Shown: positions 1 to 10,457 of the stretch, piece after piece
Position numbering within the stretch: the first letter of the stretch is position 1
Layout of the letters: the number at the start of each line of letters is the position of its first letter
NCBI GenBank assembly: GCA_017538255.1
Contig: JAFYJD010000025.1
Span: 25,306 to 89,305 of the forward strand
DNA length: 64,000 nucleotides
Direction: 5' to 3'
DNA from: Clostridia bacterium
GTDB lineage: Bacteria > Bacillota > Clostridia > Christensenellales > CAG-138
Position numbers and translations under genes: made by a program
Notes under the pieces: model-generated
What the model was told of the DNA's origin: nothing
Database searches by the model: none
The model's input: the letters and a program-made list of their open reading frames with translations, nothing else

Positions 1-129
1 CGCGATTATCCCGTTATTATGGCGACGACCGTCGTGCTTTCAACGCTTGTTATCGTAATGATGCTGGTTGTTGACATCATCTATAAGTTAGTTGACCCGC
101 GCATCACGCTTACTTCAAAGGAGGACTGA
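1..129 (+). CDS. oppB: Oligopeptide ABC permease, C-terminal part (truncated by window start)
   Basis: Frame 1 reads RDYPVIMATTVVLSTLVIVMMLVVDIIYKLVDPRITLTSKED*, a typical OppB/DppB C-terminus; lies directly upstream of oppC. Confidence 0.9.
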   Translation, partial: RDYPVIMATTVVLSTLVIVMMLVVDIIYKLVDPRITLTSKED

Positions 130-131
130 TT

Positions 132-1508
132 ATGAAAACAACTTTCGGTAAATTCAGTCCGTTCCAAGTCGACTCGTCAGCCGTTATGGAAACATTCGGC
201 ATCACAGACGGCGATTTTGCGCCCGCGACCGACAACGAAAAGGAAACTATGGTCGAGATGCGCAAGAGCATCTCCTACTGGCGCGACGCTTGGCGTAGAT
301 TCCGCGCAAACACCGTTTCGATGGTCGCTCTGTTCGTGTTCCTGCTTTGCCTGTTCTTCGCGTTCATCGGGCCCAAACTCATCCCATACAACTACTCCGA
401 CCAACTTCGCACCGCGCAGAAACTTGGGCCTTTTGAGTATTCCGAAGGCGAACAAGCCGCCAAAGCCATAGAAAAGAAAGTTGACGCGTTCTATGCGACC
501 ACGATGCGCCCCGGCAGCATCACGGCGCTCGAGCCCGGAGAATACTACTTCCAATCCGGCAAGACAACTTACGCATTTACACTTAGCGAACAGATCGACA
601 ATGCGCTTATCGTTCTGCAAAAGAACGACGCGCAGCCCGTTAAGATCGTCCGCGAGAGCGACATCAACAAGGAGGACGGCCGTTTTTCTACCTTTACTGC
701 TTTAGAAACGACATCGGCCCCCGCAGAGAACGCTACCAAACTCAACCTCTCAAAGCGCATCTTTCCTCATATGTTCGGAACCGATTCCGCCGGACGCGAC
801 CTTATGGCCCGCACTATGTACGGCGCGAGGGTATCCATCATCATCGGCGTCATCGCCGCGATTATTGTGCTCATTATCGGCTCCATCTACGGCGCGATCT
901 CGGGTCTTGCCGGCGGCGTTGTTGACTTTGTAATGATGCGCATAGTAGAACTCATCTACTCTGTGCCCGAAGTGCTTATAGTACTTCTTCTGCAGGTGGT
1001 TCTTAAAGAGCCTCTTCAGAACTGGTTCCAGGCGCATTCCGAAACGAGTTCGTTTGTTCGCGCAATGAGCGATCTCGGCGCCGGCATCGTCAGCATATTC
1101 ATCACATTTGCCGTGCTGTACTGGGTCACGATGGCGCGCATCATCCGCGGTCAGGTGCTCCAGCTCAAAAGGCAGGAATACGTTACGGCGGCAAACGCGC
1201 TCGGCGCATCCAATACACGCATAATAAGGAAGCATCTTTTGCCCAACTGTATCGGCCCGCTGGTAATCACGACCTGCCTGCAGATACCTAGCGCCATCTT
1301 CCTTGAATCGTTCCTTTCGTTCCTTGGTCTCGGTGTTTCCGCGCCGATGGCAAGTCTTGGCTCGCTTTGCTCAGACGCGTTGCAGACGATCCAACTCTAC
1401 CCCTACCGCCTCATCTTCCCCGCCGTCATCCTCACGATCATCGTGCTTACTCTCAACCTCGTCGGCGACGGTCTGAGGGACGCGCTCGATCCCCGTTTGA
1501 AGAAGTAA
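132..1508 (+). CDS. oppC: Oligopeptide ABC permease with an enlarged extracellular loop
   Basis: SYWRDAWRRF N-terminal motif, FGTDSAGRD, EYVTAANALGAS (EAA loop), GDGLRDALDP end. Confidence 0.93.
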   Translation: MKTTFGKFSPFQVDSSAVMETFGITDGDFAPATDNEKETMVEMRKSISYWRDAWRRFRANTVSMVALFVFLLCLFFAFIGPKLIPYNYSDQLRTAQKLGPFEYSEGEQAAKAIEKKVDAFYATTMRPGSITALEPGEYYFQSGKTTYAFTLSEQIDNALIVLQKNDAQPVKIVRESDINKEDGRFSTFTALETTSAPAENATKLNLSKRIFPHMFGTDSAGRDLMARTMYGARVSIIIGVIAAIIVLIIGSIYGAISGLAGGVVDFVMMRIVELIYSVPEVLIVLLLQVVLKEPLQNWFQAHSETSSFVRAMSDLGAGIVSIFITFAVLYWVTMARIIRGQVLQLKRQEYVTAANALGASNTRIIRKHLLPNCIGPLVITTCLQIPSAIFLESFLSFLGLGVSAPMASLGSLCSDALQTIQLYPYRLIFPAVILTIIVLTLNLVGDGLRDALDPRLKK

Positions 1509-1520
1509 AGGAGCAGCGAT

Positions 1521-2531
1521 ATGGAAGAAAACAAAACTCTTTTGAAGATCGAAGATCTAAAAGTATCTTTCTTTACTCCCGCCGGTGAGGTCAAGGCCGT
1601 TGACGGCATATCCTATACGCTCGGCTACAACGAGGTTATGGGCATCGTTGGCGAATCCGGCTCCGGCAAAAGCGTTGAAGCATACTCGATAATTGGACTG
1701 CTTCAAAGCCCCGGCAAGGTCGTAGGCGGCTCGATAGAGTTTGAAGGCGAGGATCTTCTGTCCTACACGCCTGAGCAGATGCGCCTTTTCCGCGGCAACA
1801 AGGTCAGCATGATATTCCAAAATCCGATGACCTGCCTCAACCCGGTTTATACGATCGGCAATCAGTTGACCGAGGTGCTCACCTGCCACGACAAGACCAT
1901 AACAAAAAAAGAAGCCTCCGATCGAGCGAAAAAAATGCTCGAACTCGTCGGTATCAACAACCCCGAAAAGCGAATGAAGCAGTATCCGCACGAACTCTCC
2001 GGCGGCATGCGTCAGCGCGCAATGATCGCTATGGCGCTGATCTGTTCTCCCAAACTGCTCATCGCGGATGAGCCTACAACGGCGCTCGACGTTACCATCC
2101 AGGCGCAGATACTTGAACTTATGAAGGAACTGCAAAAGAAGGAGAACACGTCGATCATATTCATTACGCACAACCTCGGCGTCGTTGCCGATATCTGCGA
2201 CCGCGTTTCCGTTATGTACGCAGGCAGGATTGTTGAACAGGGTCTTGTCAACGACATATTCTATAATCCCCAGCATCCCTACACAAGAAAACTGCTCGCG
2301 TCCATTCCCCGGCTCGACGTGGAATCCGCCGAGCGTTTGATCCCGATCGAGGGAACGCCTATCGACCTGTTGAATCCGCCTAAGGGCTGCAATTTCGGTC
2401 CGAGATGTACCGAGTGTATGAAGATATGCCTTCGTGAAAAACCGCCGTTCGCTCAGGTCGGCGACGGGCACATCTCCGCCTGCTGGCTCCATTTTATGAA
2501 CTCGAACAAGGGGGGAAGCGCAAATGAGTAA
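1521..2531 (+). CDS. oppD: Oligopeptide ABC ATP-binding protein
   Basis: GESGSGKS Walker [23 protein letters not shown]-terminal Cys motif. Confidence 0.95.
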   Translation: MEENKTLLKIEDLKVSFFTPAGEVKAVDGISYTLGYNEVMGIVGESGSGKSVEAYSIIGLLQSPGKVVGGSIEFEGEDLLSYTPEQMRLFRGNKVSMIFQNPMTCLNPVYTIGNQLTEVLTCHDKTITKKEASDRAKKMLELVGINNPEKRMKQYPHELSGGMRQRAMIAMALICSPKLLIADEPTTALDVTIQAQILELMKELQKKENTSIIFITHNLGVVADICDRVSVMYAGRIVEQGLVNDIFYNPQHPYTRKLLASIPRLDVESAERLIPIEGTPIDLLNPPKGCNFGPRCTECMKICLREKPPFAQVGDGHISACWLHFMNSNKGGSANE

Positions 2532-3558
2532 CGAAAGAAAAAAACTCGTTGAGGTTTCCAATCTTCGCAAGTACTTCCCCGTTAAGGGCAATCTGTTCGA
2601 CAAGAAGTACGTTCAGGCCGTCGAATCCGTTTCCCTTTCGATCTACAAGGGCGAAACACTTGGTCTTGTAGGCGAATCGGGCTGCGGCAAAACGACGCTC
2701 GGCAGAACGATAATTAGGCTTTATGAGCCCACCGACGGTCGCATCGTTTACGACGGCACGCCGATTTACGACAAACAAGAGAAGATCTCCGTTCGTATGC
2801 TGCCCTATCGCCGCAAGATGCAGATCATATTCCAGGATCCGTCCGGTTCGCTCGACCCGCGTATGACCGTTGGCGAGATCATCGGTGAATCGCTCGACAT
2901 CCATAAACTTGCCGCTTCCAAGAAGGACAGGACTGACAGGATACGCCAACTGCTTGAAGAAGTCGGCCTTAATACCGAGCACGCCAATCGCTTCCCGCAC
3001 GAGTTCTCCGGCGGTCAGCAGCAGCGCGTCGGCATTGCTCGGGCGCTTGCCGTCGAGCCCGAGTTCATCGTGTGCGACGAGCCCATCTCCGCGCTCGACG
3101 TTTCCATCCAGTCCCAGGTCGTCAATATGCTCGAGGACCTTCAGGCGAGCAAGGGTCTCACCTACCTCTTCATCGCTCACGACGTGTCCGTTGTGCGTCA
3201 TATTTCAGACCGCATCGGCGTTATGTATCTTGGGTGCCTTGTTGAACTTGCTGAGAGTTATGAACTCTGCAGCCACCCGATACATCCCTACACGCAGACG
3301 CTTCTGTCCGCTGTTCCCCTCCCCGACCCGGAGAAGAACAAAACGAGAGAGCGTATGCTCTTAACCGGCGATATTCCGAGCCCGATCAATCCCCCCTCAG
3401 GCTGCCGCTTCCACACGCGCTGCCCGCACGCGATGAAGCGCTGCAAAGAGGAGATGCCCGCTCTCAAAGAATACTCACCGGGTCATTACGGCGCTTGCCA
3501 TCTGCTTGAGCAGAATGGATCGCATAGTTCAAACACACCCCAAAACAAGGAGGAATGA
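2524..3558 (+). CDS. oppF: Oligopeptide ABC ATP-binding protein
   Basis: [40 protein letters not shown]. Confidence 0.95.
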   Translation: MSNERKKLVEVSNLRKYFPVKGNLFDKKYVQAVESVSLSIYKGETLGLVGESGCGKTTLGRTIIRLYEPTDGRIVYDGTPIYDKQEKISVRMLPYRRKMQIIFQDPSGSLDPRMTVGEIIGESLDIHKLAASKKDRTDRIRQLLEEVGLNTEHANRFPHEFSGGQQQRVGIARALAVEPEFIVCDEPISALDVSIQSQVVNMLEDLQASKGLTYLFIAHDVSVVRHISDRIGVMYLGCLVELAESYELCSHPIHPYTQTLLSAVPLPDPEKNKTRERMLLTGDIPSPINPPSGCRFHTRCPHAMKRCKEEMPALKEYSPGHYGACHLLEQNGSHSSNTPQNKEE

Positions 3559-5249
3559 AAATGAAAAAACTATTGGCACTGTTTCTTGTTCTCTTGATGG
3601 TCGGCTCTATGGCCGTCGCATGCAAAGACAACAAAGACACCAGCGAAAGCGATCTCGTTATCAATGCGTGCATCGCCTCCGAGCCCGAGACTATCGACCC
3701 GTCCCTCATCAGTTCGGTCGACGCGTCCACCTACACCCAGCATCAGTTTGAAAACCTGATGAAGTACCAGCTGATCTCCAAGAACGTTGCCGACGACAAG
3801 AACATGCAGGCAACCGAAGTTGTGCCCGGCCAGGCCAAGAGTTACACCGTTTCCGCAGACCAGAAGGAATACACCTTTGTTCTTCGCGATGACATCAAAT
3901 GGTCCGACGGCAAGGATGTTACCGCAAACGATTGGGTATACTCCTGGAGGCGTCTTGTTGATCCCAAGACCGCCGCAGAATACGGCTATTTCCTTGACGG
4001 CGTCGTTCTGAACGCAGCCGCGATCCAGGCGGGCGAAAAAGAGCCTAGCGAACTCGGCATCGAAGCGGTCGACGAAAAGACCCTCAAGATCACCCTTGAG
4101 TCGCCCTGCACCTACTTCCTTGAGATGTGTGCGTTCGCGTCCCTCGTTCCTCTCCGCGAGGACATCGTTGCAAACAACGATAAGTGGACCGATCCCGCGA
4201 ACATCGTTGTCAACGGACCCTACAAGATCACCGAGTGGGTGCATGACAGCAAGATCGTTATGGAGAAGAACGACAAGTATTACGACCTCGAAAAACTCGG
4301 ACCCAAGCAGATCGTTTGGTGGCTGAGCGACAGCGAGACCGCTATCCTTTCGTCCTACCAGAGCGGCGAGTATCAGTTCATTGAGAGTTTCCCGACCGAT
4401 ATGATCGAATCGCTGCGTGCAAGCGGTGATTGCTTCATCAACCCCTATGTAGGCACCTACTATCTGTACATCAACTGCGAAAAGGTTTCCGATTGGCGTG
4501 TTCGTGCCGCGATGGTGCTTTCCGTTGACCGCGACAATATCGTCAAGAACGTAACCCAGGGAGGTCAAAGCCCCGCTACAGGCTTTGTTGCATCCGGTAT
4601 CCTTGATTCCACCGGCTCCAACTTTGCGTTCGGCAAGTCCGATCTCGGCGCCGTATACAACACCCTTAAGACGATGTATCCCGATGCGGATCTTGCAACC
4701 TATGCGGGTCGCTGCGCACTTGCAAAGCAACTGTATCAGGCTGCTGTTGACGAGGGCACTTGGGATCCTTCCACCACCGTTGAGTACAACTTCAACACCT
4801 CCGAGGCTCACAAGGCTATCGCAGAGGCCTGCGGCGCCGACTGGCAGAACGTTCTCGGTATGAAGATCAATCTCGCCAACCAGGAGTGGGCAACCTACAC
4901 CAACGGTCTCGGCGAGCATAAGTTCGGCGTTGCGCGTCTTGGCTGGATCGCCGACTACAACGATCCCATCACCTACCTCGAGCTGCTCGTTACCGGCAAC
5001 TCCTACAACTACGGTCTGTATAGTGATCCCAACTACGATGCCAAGATCACCCAGGCTAAGGCCATCGATGCCGGCGCAGAGCGCGACAACCTGCTCTACT
5101 CCGCTGAAGAAGCACTCTTCGGCGAGGGCGGCTTCCCCGTATGCCCCATCTACTACTACACCAACCTGTACTGCGCTAAAGGTATTACCAATGTTGGCTA
5201 CACCACGATGGGTTACTTCTTCTTTATGTATGCTAAGGCAGCCGAATAA
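3555..5249 (+). CDS. oppA: Oligopeptide ABC substrate-binding lipoprotein
   Basis: Lipobox [39 protein letters not shown]; RBS aaggagg. Confidence 0.94.
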   Translation: MKMKKLLALFLVLLMVGSMAVACKDNKDTSESDLVINACIASEPETIDPSLISSVDASTYTQHQFENLMKYQLISKNVADDKNMQATEVVPGQAKSYTVSADQKEYTFVLRDDIKWSDGKDVTANDWVYSWRRLVDPKTAAEYGYFLDGVVLNAAAIQAGEKEPSELGIEAVDEKTLKITLESPCTYFLEMCAFASLVPLREDIVANNDKWTDPANIVVNGPYKITEWVHDSKIVMEKNDKYYDLEKLGPKQIVWWLSDSETAILSSYQSGEYQFIESFPTDMIESLRASGDCFINPYVGTYYLYINCEKVSDWRVRAAMVLSVDRDNIVKNVTQGGQSPATGFVASGILDSTGSNFAFGKSDLGAVYNTLKTMYPDADLATYAGRCALAKQLYQAAVDEGTWDPSTTVEYNFNTSEAHKAIAEACGADWQNVLGMKINLANQEWATYTNGLGEHKFGVARLGWIADYNDPITYLELLVTGNSYNYGLYSDPNYDAKITQAKAIDAGAERDNLLYSAEEALFGEGGFPVCPIYYYTNLYCAKGITNVGYTTMGYFFFMYAKAAE

Positions 5250-5269
5250 TAGGCAGTCGATGACAAACG

Positions 5270-5297
5270 AACGGACCGCGAAATCGCGGTCCGTTTT
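5270..5297 (+). terminator. Rho-independent terminator after the opp operon
   Basis: aacggaccgcga-aa-tcgcggtccgtt followed by T run. Confidence 0.8.
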
Positions 5298-5390
5298 AGT
5301 TATATAAGCGCCGTATTCCGCAGCAACTGCGCGATGCATCAAAAAAATGCGTGTTTAAATCAAATATATAATGTAGTATTCAAAAACAAC

Positions 5391-5419
5391 TTGATTTTTT
5401 ACCCGATTTGTTGTATGAT
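5391..5419 (+). promoter_or_regulatory. Sigma-A promoter for tRNA-Ser
   Basis: TTGATT-17 nt-TATGAT. Confidence 0.65.
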
Positions 5420-5441
5420 TGCATACGGTTATTGACCGACT

Positions 5442-5533
5442 GGAGAGATGGCTGAGTTTGGTCTAAGGCGCACGACTGGAAATCGTGTATACGGGGAACC
5501 GTATCAAGGGTTCGAATCCCTTTCTCTCCGCCA
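5442..5533 (+). tRNA. tRNA-Ser (anticodon GGA)
   Basis: GGAGAGA acceptor stem, cacga-ctGGAaa-tcgtg anticodon arm, long variable arm, GGTTCGAATCC T-arm, GCCA end. Confidence 0.97.
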
Positions 5534-5541
5534 ACAACACG

Positions 5542-5570
5542 ACCCGTCTTTTAGACGGGTTTTGTTTTTT
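5542..5570 (+). terminator. Terminator after tRNA-Ser
   Basis: acccgtct-ttt-agacgggt followed by T tract. Confidence 0.8.
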
Positions 5571-5596
5571 ATAAACACTTGATTCCTTCTGCTCAT

Positions 5597-5716
5597 CTGA
5601 TCCGATTCTTCACCTATTACTATCGCCTTGATACAGCGATCAACGGTATCAATGCTCAGCTCCGACGCGATGATCGGGGCGATGACCCCGCTGTTCTCAC
5701 TTCGGTGCGGCAGTTT
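5597..5716 (-). pseudogene. 3' remnant of a paralog of the XRE-TPR gene at 7170-7796
   Basis: Reverse complement aligns ungapped to 7677-7796 with 100/120 identities (hand count); encodes KLPHRSENSGVIAPIIASELSIDTVDRCIKAIVIGEESDQ. Confidence 0.85.
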
Positions 5717-5784
5717 TTCAGATCACTTGAATCGAAACTGAGAATATGATAAAATCATAAAAAACATAGTTTTTGGAGGCACAA

Positions 5785-6318
5785 ATGATACTTTCCGATA
5801 AAACAATCAAGCGAATGCTAAATGAGCATTCATTGGTTATAGCACCGCTGACCGCTGAACAGATACAGCCTGCGAGCGTTGATATAAGGCTTGGAAACAC
5901 TTTCAGCGTGGTGGACGATACTTCGTCCGGCATAATCAAACTTGACGAGCAGATAAATTATAAAACCATCAGTTCGGACAGTTATCTGATACTGCCTGGA
6001 CAGTTTGTTTTGGCAACCACTATGGAGTATTTTGAACTGCCGAACAATATGACGGCGTTTGTTGAGGGCAGAAGTTCACTTGGACGTATGGGTCTGTTTA
6101 TTCAGAACGCAGGTTGGGTCGACCCAGGCTTCAAGGGCGAGATAACGCTGGAACTGTTCAACGCAAACCGCTGCGCGATCGAACTCAAGGCGGGGCGCAG
6201 GGTGGGCCAGCTTGTATTTGCTCAGATGGACGACGACGCCGAAACCCCGTACCGTGGAAAGTATCAAGGGCAGCGCGGCGCTACCGGCTCAAAGGTATTT
6301 ATGGATACCGACTGTTGA
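5785..6318 (+). CDS. dcd: dCTP deaminase
   Basis: ILSD start, IQPASVDIRLG, EGRSSLGRMGL, AGWVDPGFKGEITLE, YRGKYQGQ; RBS ggagg. Confidence 0.95.
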   Translation: MILSDKTIKRMLNEHSLVIAPLTAEQIQPASVDIRLGNTFSVVDDTSSGIIKLDEQINYKTISSDSYLILPGQFVLATTMEYFELPNNMTAFVEGRSSLGRMGLFIQNAGWVDPGFKGEITLELFNANRCAIELKAGRRVGQLVFAQMDDDAETPYRGKYQGQRGATGSKVFMDTDC

Positions 6319-6491
6319 GCGTTGTTGCGGTGAAGATCGTATCGCCCGGCAGTCGCCGCACAGATGATGCACTCCTGCTTTTCCTTGCTCATCACGCGGT
6401 TTTTGAAAAGTCTTCATCTTTACGCTTATCCATTTTGCCTTTGATCGATCATCTGTGTGATGATATGAACGAAAAAGCAAACGGAGAAACT

Positions 6492-6986
6492 ATGACTTTC
6501 AACGAATCGATCAAAAACCTGCCCGATGCGGCGCTAAGTATGGGCTCCGTCAGCATAAAACCCATCACGACCGAAGCGCAGATGGTCTGCGCGCTTTATG
6601 ACCTTGCGCTGACGGATGAACAAAAGGATTTCGTAAATCCGACGTGGTTTTCTGTCGGCAGAGCGTATCTCAACCCAAACGATAACTGTCCCTGCCTGAT
6701 CTATAACGAAGGATCAACGCCGATCGGCTTTATGAACCTTTTGAAATGGACGTGGCGGAACGCGGAGATGTCGTGGAGTTTCTTCATCGATAAAGCGTTT
6801 CAAGGGCGAGGCTACGGCAGGCAGGCGGCGATGCTCGCGATCCGCATTCTAAGATCCGTCGAGCCGGATACGCCGATAAAACTCTCGGCGGAGGCGGACA
6901 ATCAAAGCGCGCATCGTCTGTATTTGTCGCTTGGCTTTCGTTTGAGCGACGAAAAGGACGGCGACGATCTTGTTTTCGTACTGTAA
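6492..6986 (+). CDS. GNAT family acetyltransferase
   Basis: FIDKAFQGRGYG acetyl-CoA motif, N..AHRLYLSLGF; start placed after a ggag RBS. Confidence 0.88.
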   Translation: MTFNESIKNLPDAALSMGSVSIKPITTEAQMVCALYDLALTDEQKDFVNPTWFSVGRAYLNPNDNCPCLIYNEGSTPIGFMNLLKWTWRNAEMSWSFFIDKAFQGRGYGRQAAMLAIRILRSVEPDTPIKLSAEADNQSAHRLYLSLGFRLSDEKDGDDLVFVL

Positions 6987-7169
6987 ACAAGGATCTTGTA
7001 AAAGTCTTTTATGCCTGCATAGAACGAGCGCGATATGATACGACAAACTGTAAAGACCGAGTCGCCCTTCGGGCGTGCCGCGCTGACGGAGAGCGTTATT
7101 GAACTGAAGCGCATTTTTGGTATAATCATTGTGCGGATCCGAAACAGAAAAGATCGAAAGGAGCAAACA

Positions 7170-7796
7170 ATGGATTATTTTGCCGAAAACCTGAAAAAAT
7201 ATCGCCTCCAAAAGGGTTTGACCCAGGAGGACATCGCAAACTTCCTCGGAATAACGCCGCAGAGCGTGTCTAAATGGGAGCGGAGCGAGACCTATCCCGA
7301 CATAACTTTTTTGCCCGCGCTTGCGAACATTCTTTCAACCAGCATCGACTGCCTGATCGGTATGGACGAGATCCGCTCCGAAAATATGCGCAACAGCATC
7401 CACAGCCGAGCGTATGATCTGTCCAAATACGGCGATCTCATCGAGGCTGAACGCACCTACCGCGACGCGCTCGGCACTTTTCCGACCGATCCGGGGATGC
7501 TGCTCGGGCTCGCGAGCGTGCTCGCGCTGAAGGGCGAAGCCGAGGAGGCCTCCGAACTGATCGAAAAGGGGCTGCCGCTCTCGAGCGACGAAAAGCAGAA
7601 CGCCACGATGCGCGCCGTGCTCTGCTTCGTATATGCAAGGATGGGCGAGAGCCAAAAGGCAAAACTCGCCGCGTCCAAACTGCCGCATCGAAGGGAGAGC
7701 CGCGAGGTCATCGCCCCGATCATCGCATCGGAACCGAGCATTGAGACCGTTGACCGCTGTATCAAAGCTATCGTCATCGGCGAAGAACTGGATTAA
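7170..7796 (+). CDS. XRE helix-turn-helix regulator with a C-terminal TPR-like helical domain
   Basis: LKKYRLQKGLTQEDIANFLGITPQSVSKWER..YPD; RBS aaggag. Confidence 0.9.
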   Translation: MDYFAENLKKYRLQKGLTQEDIANFLGITPQSVSKWERSETYPDITFLPALANILSTSIDCLIGMDEIRSENMRNSIHSRAYDLSKYGDLIEAERTYRDALGTFPTDPGMLLGLASVLALKGEAEEASELIEKGLPLSSDEKQNATMRAVLCFVYARMGESQKAKLAASKLPHRRESREVIAPIIASEPSIETVDRCIKAIVIGEELD

Positions 7797-7806
7797 GGTA
7801 GTGCTA

Positions 7807-8223
7807 ATGGAGTATTCGCTTATCGGCGCGGCAAACACCGACGCATTATGGGAACTTCAAAAACTGTACAAACGGGAGATCGGAGAGGATACACCGTCCG
7901 ATGATGCAAAATCGCGCCTTAAAGCCGCGATAGAAGCCAAGTCCATACTCTTTTTCGGTGTATGGGACGGCGAGGTATTGGCAGGATGCTGTTCGATAAC
8001 GGTCGGGTTCTCTACTTTCGATTATGCCAAAAGCGGCGTTTTTGAAGACTTCTATATCAGACCCAAATACAGGCATATGGGCATTGCCCGCGCTTTGGTG
8101 CGTTTTGCCTGTGCTGCAAGCGGCGTAAGCACTTTGACGGTTGGCTGCGCGTCCTGCGATGTTGATATGTATAAAGCGCTCGGCTTCTCGATCGAAATAG
8201 GCAGCCTGCTGGCGTTTGAATGA
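7807..8223 (+). CDS. GNAT family acetyltransferase
   Basis: FEDFYIRPKYRHMGIARAL, MYKALGF. Confidence 0.85.
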   Translation: MEYSLIGAANTDALWELQKLYKREIGEDTPSDDAKSRLKAAIEAKSILFFGVWDGEVLAGCCSITVGFSTFDYAKSGVFEDFYIRPKYRHMGIARALVRFACAASGVSTLTVGCASCDVDMYKALGFSIEIGSLLAFE

Positions 8224-8365
8224 ACGGCGGTCAAGCGGCGCGTAAATGCAAACATAAAAACAAATGAAAAGGAAGCGCTCAAATGCACTTCCTTTTTGCT
8301 TGTATAATAACACAAAAATGACGTGAACAAGTGCAGTACGCCTATGCGGTCAACTCATTATCCTT

Positions 8366-9177
8366 CTATTTTTTGTTTTCAACAAAAGCTATAAGTTCTT
8401 CCATCATAATATCCATTCTTTCCCCGACCGGCATCCCCAGCCTTTTCAGCAGTTTCTTATTCTTTTGATAATCAAGCATCAACTCTTCACAAAGCTTATA
8501 GTACTCACCTTGCGCCAATGGCAAACGAATCTTTGACCAATAGGCATAATTGTTTGCCCAGAATAGTTCGTTCTCTAATTTGTTTCCGGTATGCTCATCC
8601 GGCGGAAGAAAGCGCTGCCAGTTTCCGTCCTTCGGAAACTCGATATTATGCTCTCCAAAGATTCGCTTTATCCCTCTAAGCAAATCGTTTTCCAGCAAAG
8701 CTTTCAATCCATCAAACTCTCTTCTGAACATAAGTATGTCGATATGTTCACGCATTGCGAGGGTTAACGGAAAACATTCTTTGTATTTTCTTTCATAAAA
8801 CGCAAGGCAGTCATCCAGCGATGTTATTCTTTCGAGCTGATCGAATGCCCATTTTGCACAAGCGGACGCGGCATTTACGATCGCATCAACTTCTTCCGGT
8901 CCGGGACTTATCAGAAAGAACTGTGGCGTTTTACATCCCAGTTCAAGACGCGCATCAAACGCAATGGCATTGTTAAGAAAGGTCCTTCTTGTATCAAAGT
9001 ACGAAAACACGGGTATGGCGGCATAGTTATACGTCAAAGAATATGTGGAAATTTGTTCTCAATCCGCAAACGAGTATAACGGAATCATCCACAAGTTTTA
9101 CACGCATCGCATTGCATTTTGCATAGTCATCCCCAAACACGCCAAGGACGGCATCCGATTCTTTGATAATGTTCATA
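8366..9177 (-). pseudogene. AT-rich hypothetical gene split into two overlapping frames (probable frameshift near 9040-9060)
   Basis: The ORF starting MNIIKES (RBS aaggtg) ends at 9027 and overlaps ORF 8366-9037, which lacks a clear RBS/ATG. Confidence 0.5.
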
Positions 9178-9288
9178 TTCTTCACCTTATCCTCTGAATT
9201 TTCATACTCGATGCATAATACCGGCAAAATGTACGGCGAACAAAAACGGCATAAACGTATAGTGATTTCCAATTAGACAGGAGCGTTA

Positions 9289-9972
9289 TCAGACTTCCCC
9301 GCCGCAAAGCGCGCTCACACGTCTGAAATAACCGAACTCATTGCCGCAGGTAGAAACTACGACATTATCGGGACCCGGGGCACAATGCGCGACGATAGGA
9401 TCACCGTTATCAAGAAATCCGACGACTATGCCGATATGATTGGATTTCGAGCCTGGATAGACATTCGCAAACGCGAGGTCGCCGAGTTTAAGTTCTCCTT
9501 TATCGATCTCTGTCGTATTGAACCATTGATTCCAAGTACCCTCGCCGATGTTCTCGTACATCCAGTCCACACTAGGGGCGATCTGAGTAAAGCACCAACT
9601 GACGTAGCCTGAGCAATCAAGTCCGAGCGGAAGGGTCTTCCCGCTTGTGGAGTGCCCCGTGGAAACGACTGTCGCGGGCTCGCCCCATTTGGGGTTTTCT
9701 CCCTTTGCGTTGTATTTGCCGCCCCAAAAATAATGCACTCTGCCGACAAGCGAAAGCGCGTATTCAACGAGCGCCCTTTGCTGATCCGATTCGTATTCGT
9801 TGTTTGCGACCGCTTTTTCTATCTGTTTTGCGGTGAGTTCCCGGTAACCCGAGGGGAAAATGCCAAGACTGCAAGATGTAAAACAGAGTATTATTAAAAT
9901 GCCGACGGACAATGTTATACATTTCCCGACGACGGAACGCGATCTGTGTTTGCTGTTAGAGCTAATAGTCAT
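9289..9972 (-). CDS. NlpC/P60 cell-wall peptidase, probable lipoprotein
   Basis: YFWGG, GLDCSGYVSW catalytic Cys, NHIGIV His; hydrophobic N-terminus ending FTSC. Confidence 0.9.
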   Translation of the reverse strand: MTISSNSKHRSRSVVGKCITLSVGILIILCFTSCSLGIFPSGYRELTAKQIEKAVANNEYESDQQRALVEYALSLVGRVHYFWGGKYNAKGENPKWGEPATVVSTGHSTSGKTLPLGLDCSGYVSWCFTQIAPSVDWMYENIGEGTWNQWFNTTEIDKGELKLGDLAFANVYPGSKSNHIGIVVGFLDNGDPIVAHCAPGPDNVVVSTCGNEFGYFRRVSALCGGEV

Positions 9973-9973
9973 A

Positions 9974-10441
9974 TCATTTAAATCTGGTCTCGACCTCGTC
10001 GATGCCGATATTCAGCACCGTTGCGATCTCGGTAAACAGTATGCTCTTTGCGTTTGAAAGCATCTTGCCCTCCCCGGAGGAAAGCGGGCGCATAGTATTG
10101 CGCTTGCCAAGGCACAGTATAACATCTACAATTCCCTTTGGGTCGCCCGTTTTGAGTTTATCCATATTCTCACGGTAGCGCTGGTTCCAGTTGGAATTGC
10201 CGATGCACGGCTCCGCCGTTTTGAAGTATTCAAACAATTTTTCGCATTCTTTGGGTGTTATCGTTTTACGAAGACCTAGCGATTCGGCGGTCTCGACGGG
10301 AAGCATTGCGGTCATCCTTGTATTATGAAGGTGGATCAAATAACAGGTCTCGATCCTGCCGAGCACCTCTGTCTTTTCTATGCTTTGGATTGTTCCGATA
10401 CCGTGGAGCGGATAGCACACGGTATCACCTACTTCAAACAT
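9974..10441 (-). CDS. carD: CarD family transcriptional regulator
   Basis: MFEVGDTVCYPLHGIGTI, NWNQRYRENMDKLKTGD. Confidence 0.92.
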   Translation of the reverse strand: MFEVGDTVCYPLHGIGTIQSIEKTEVLGRIETCYLIHLHNTRMTAMLPVETAESLGLRKTITPKECEKLFEYFKTAEPCIGNSNWNQRYRENMDKLKTGDPKGIVDVILCLGKRNTMRPLSSGEGKMLSNAKSILFTEIATVLNIGIDEVETRFK

Positions 10442-10457
10442 CGCTTTCTCCTATCAA

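Noticed and set aside
3570-5342. 590-aa antisense ORF (also 1557-2603, 49149-49889, 50419-51144, 60076-61203, 61449-62258)
   Set aside because: These are shadow frames of well-supported, codon-biased genes, with no motifs or RBS.
6114-6491. Long N-terminal extensions of the GNAT ORF (likewise 7035-7169, 7633-7806, 15814-15906)
   Set aside because: They overlap upstream genes or promoters; downstream ATGs have better RBSs or fit the domain starts.
5597-7796. Diversity-generating retroelement (TR/VR pair)
   Set aside because: Of 20 mismatches, only 5 are at A in either copy; many are synonymous, and no reverse transcriptase is present.
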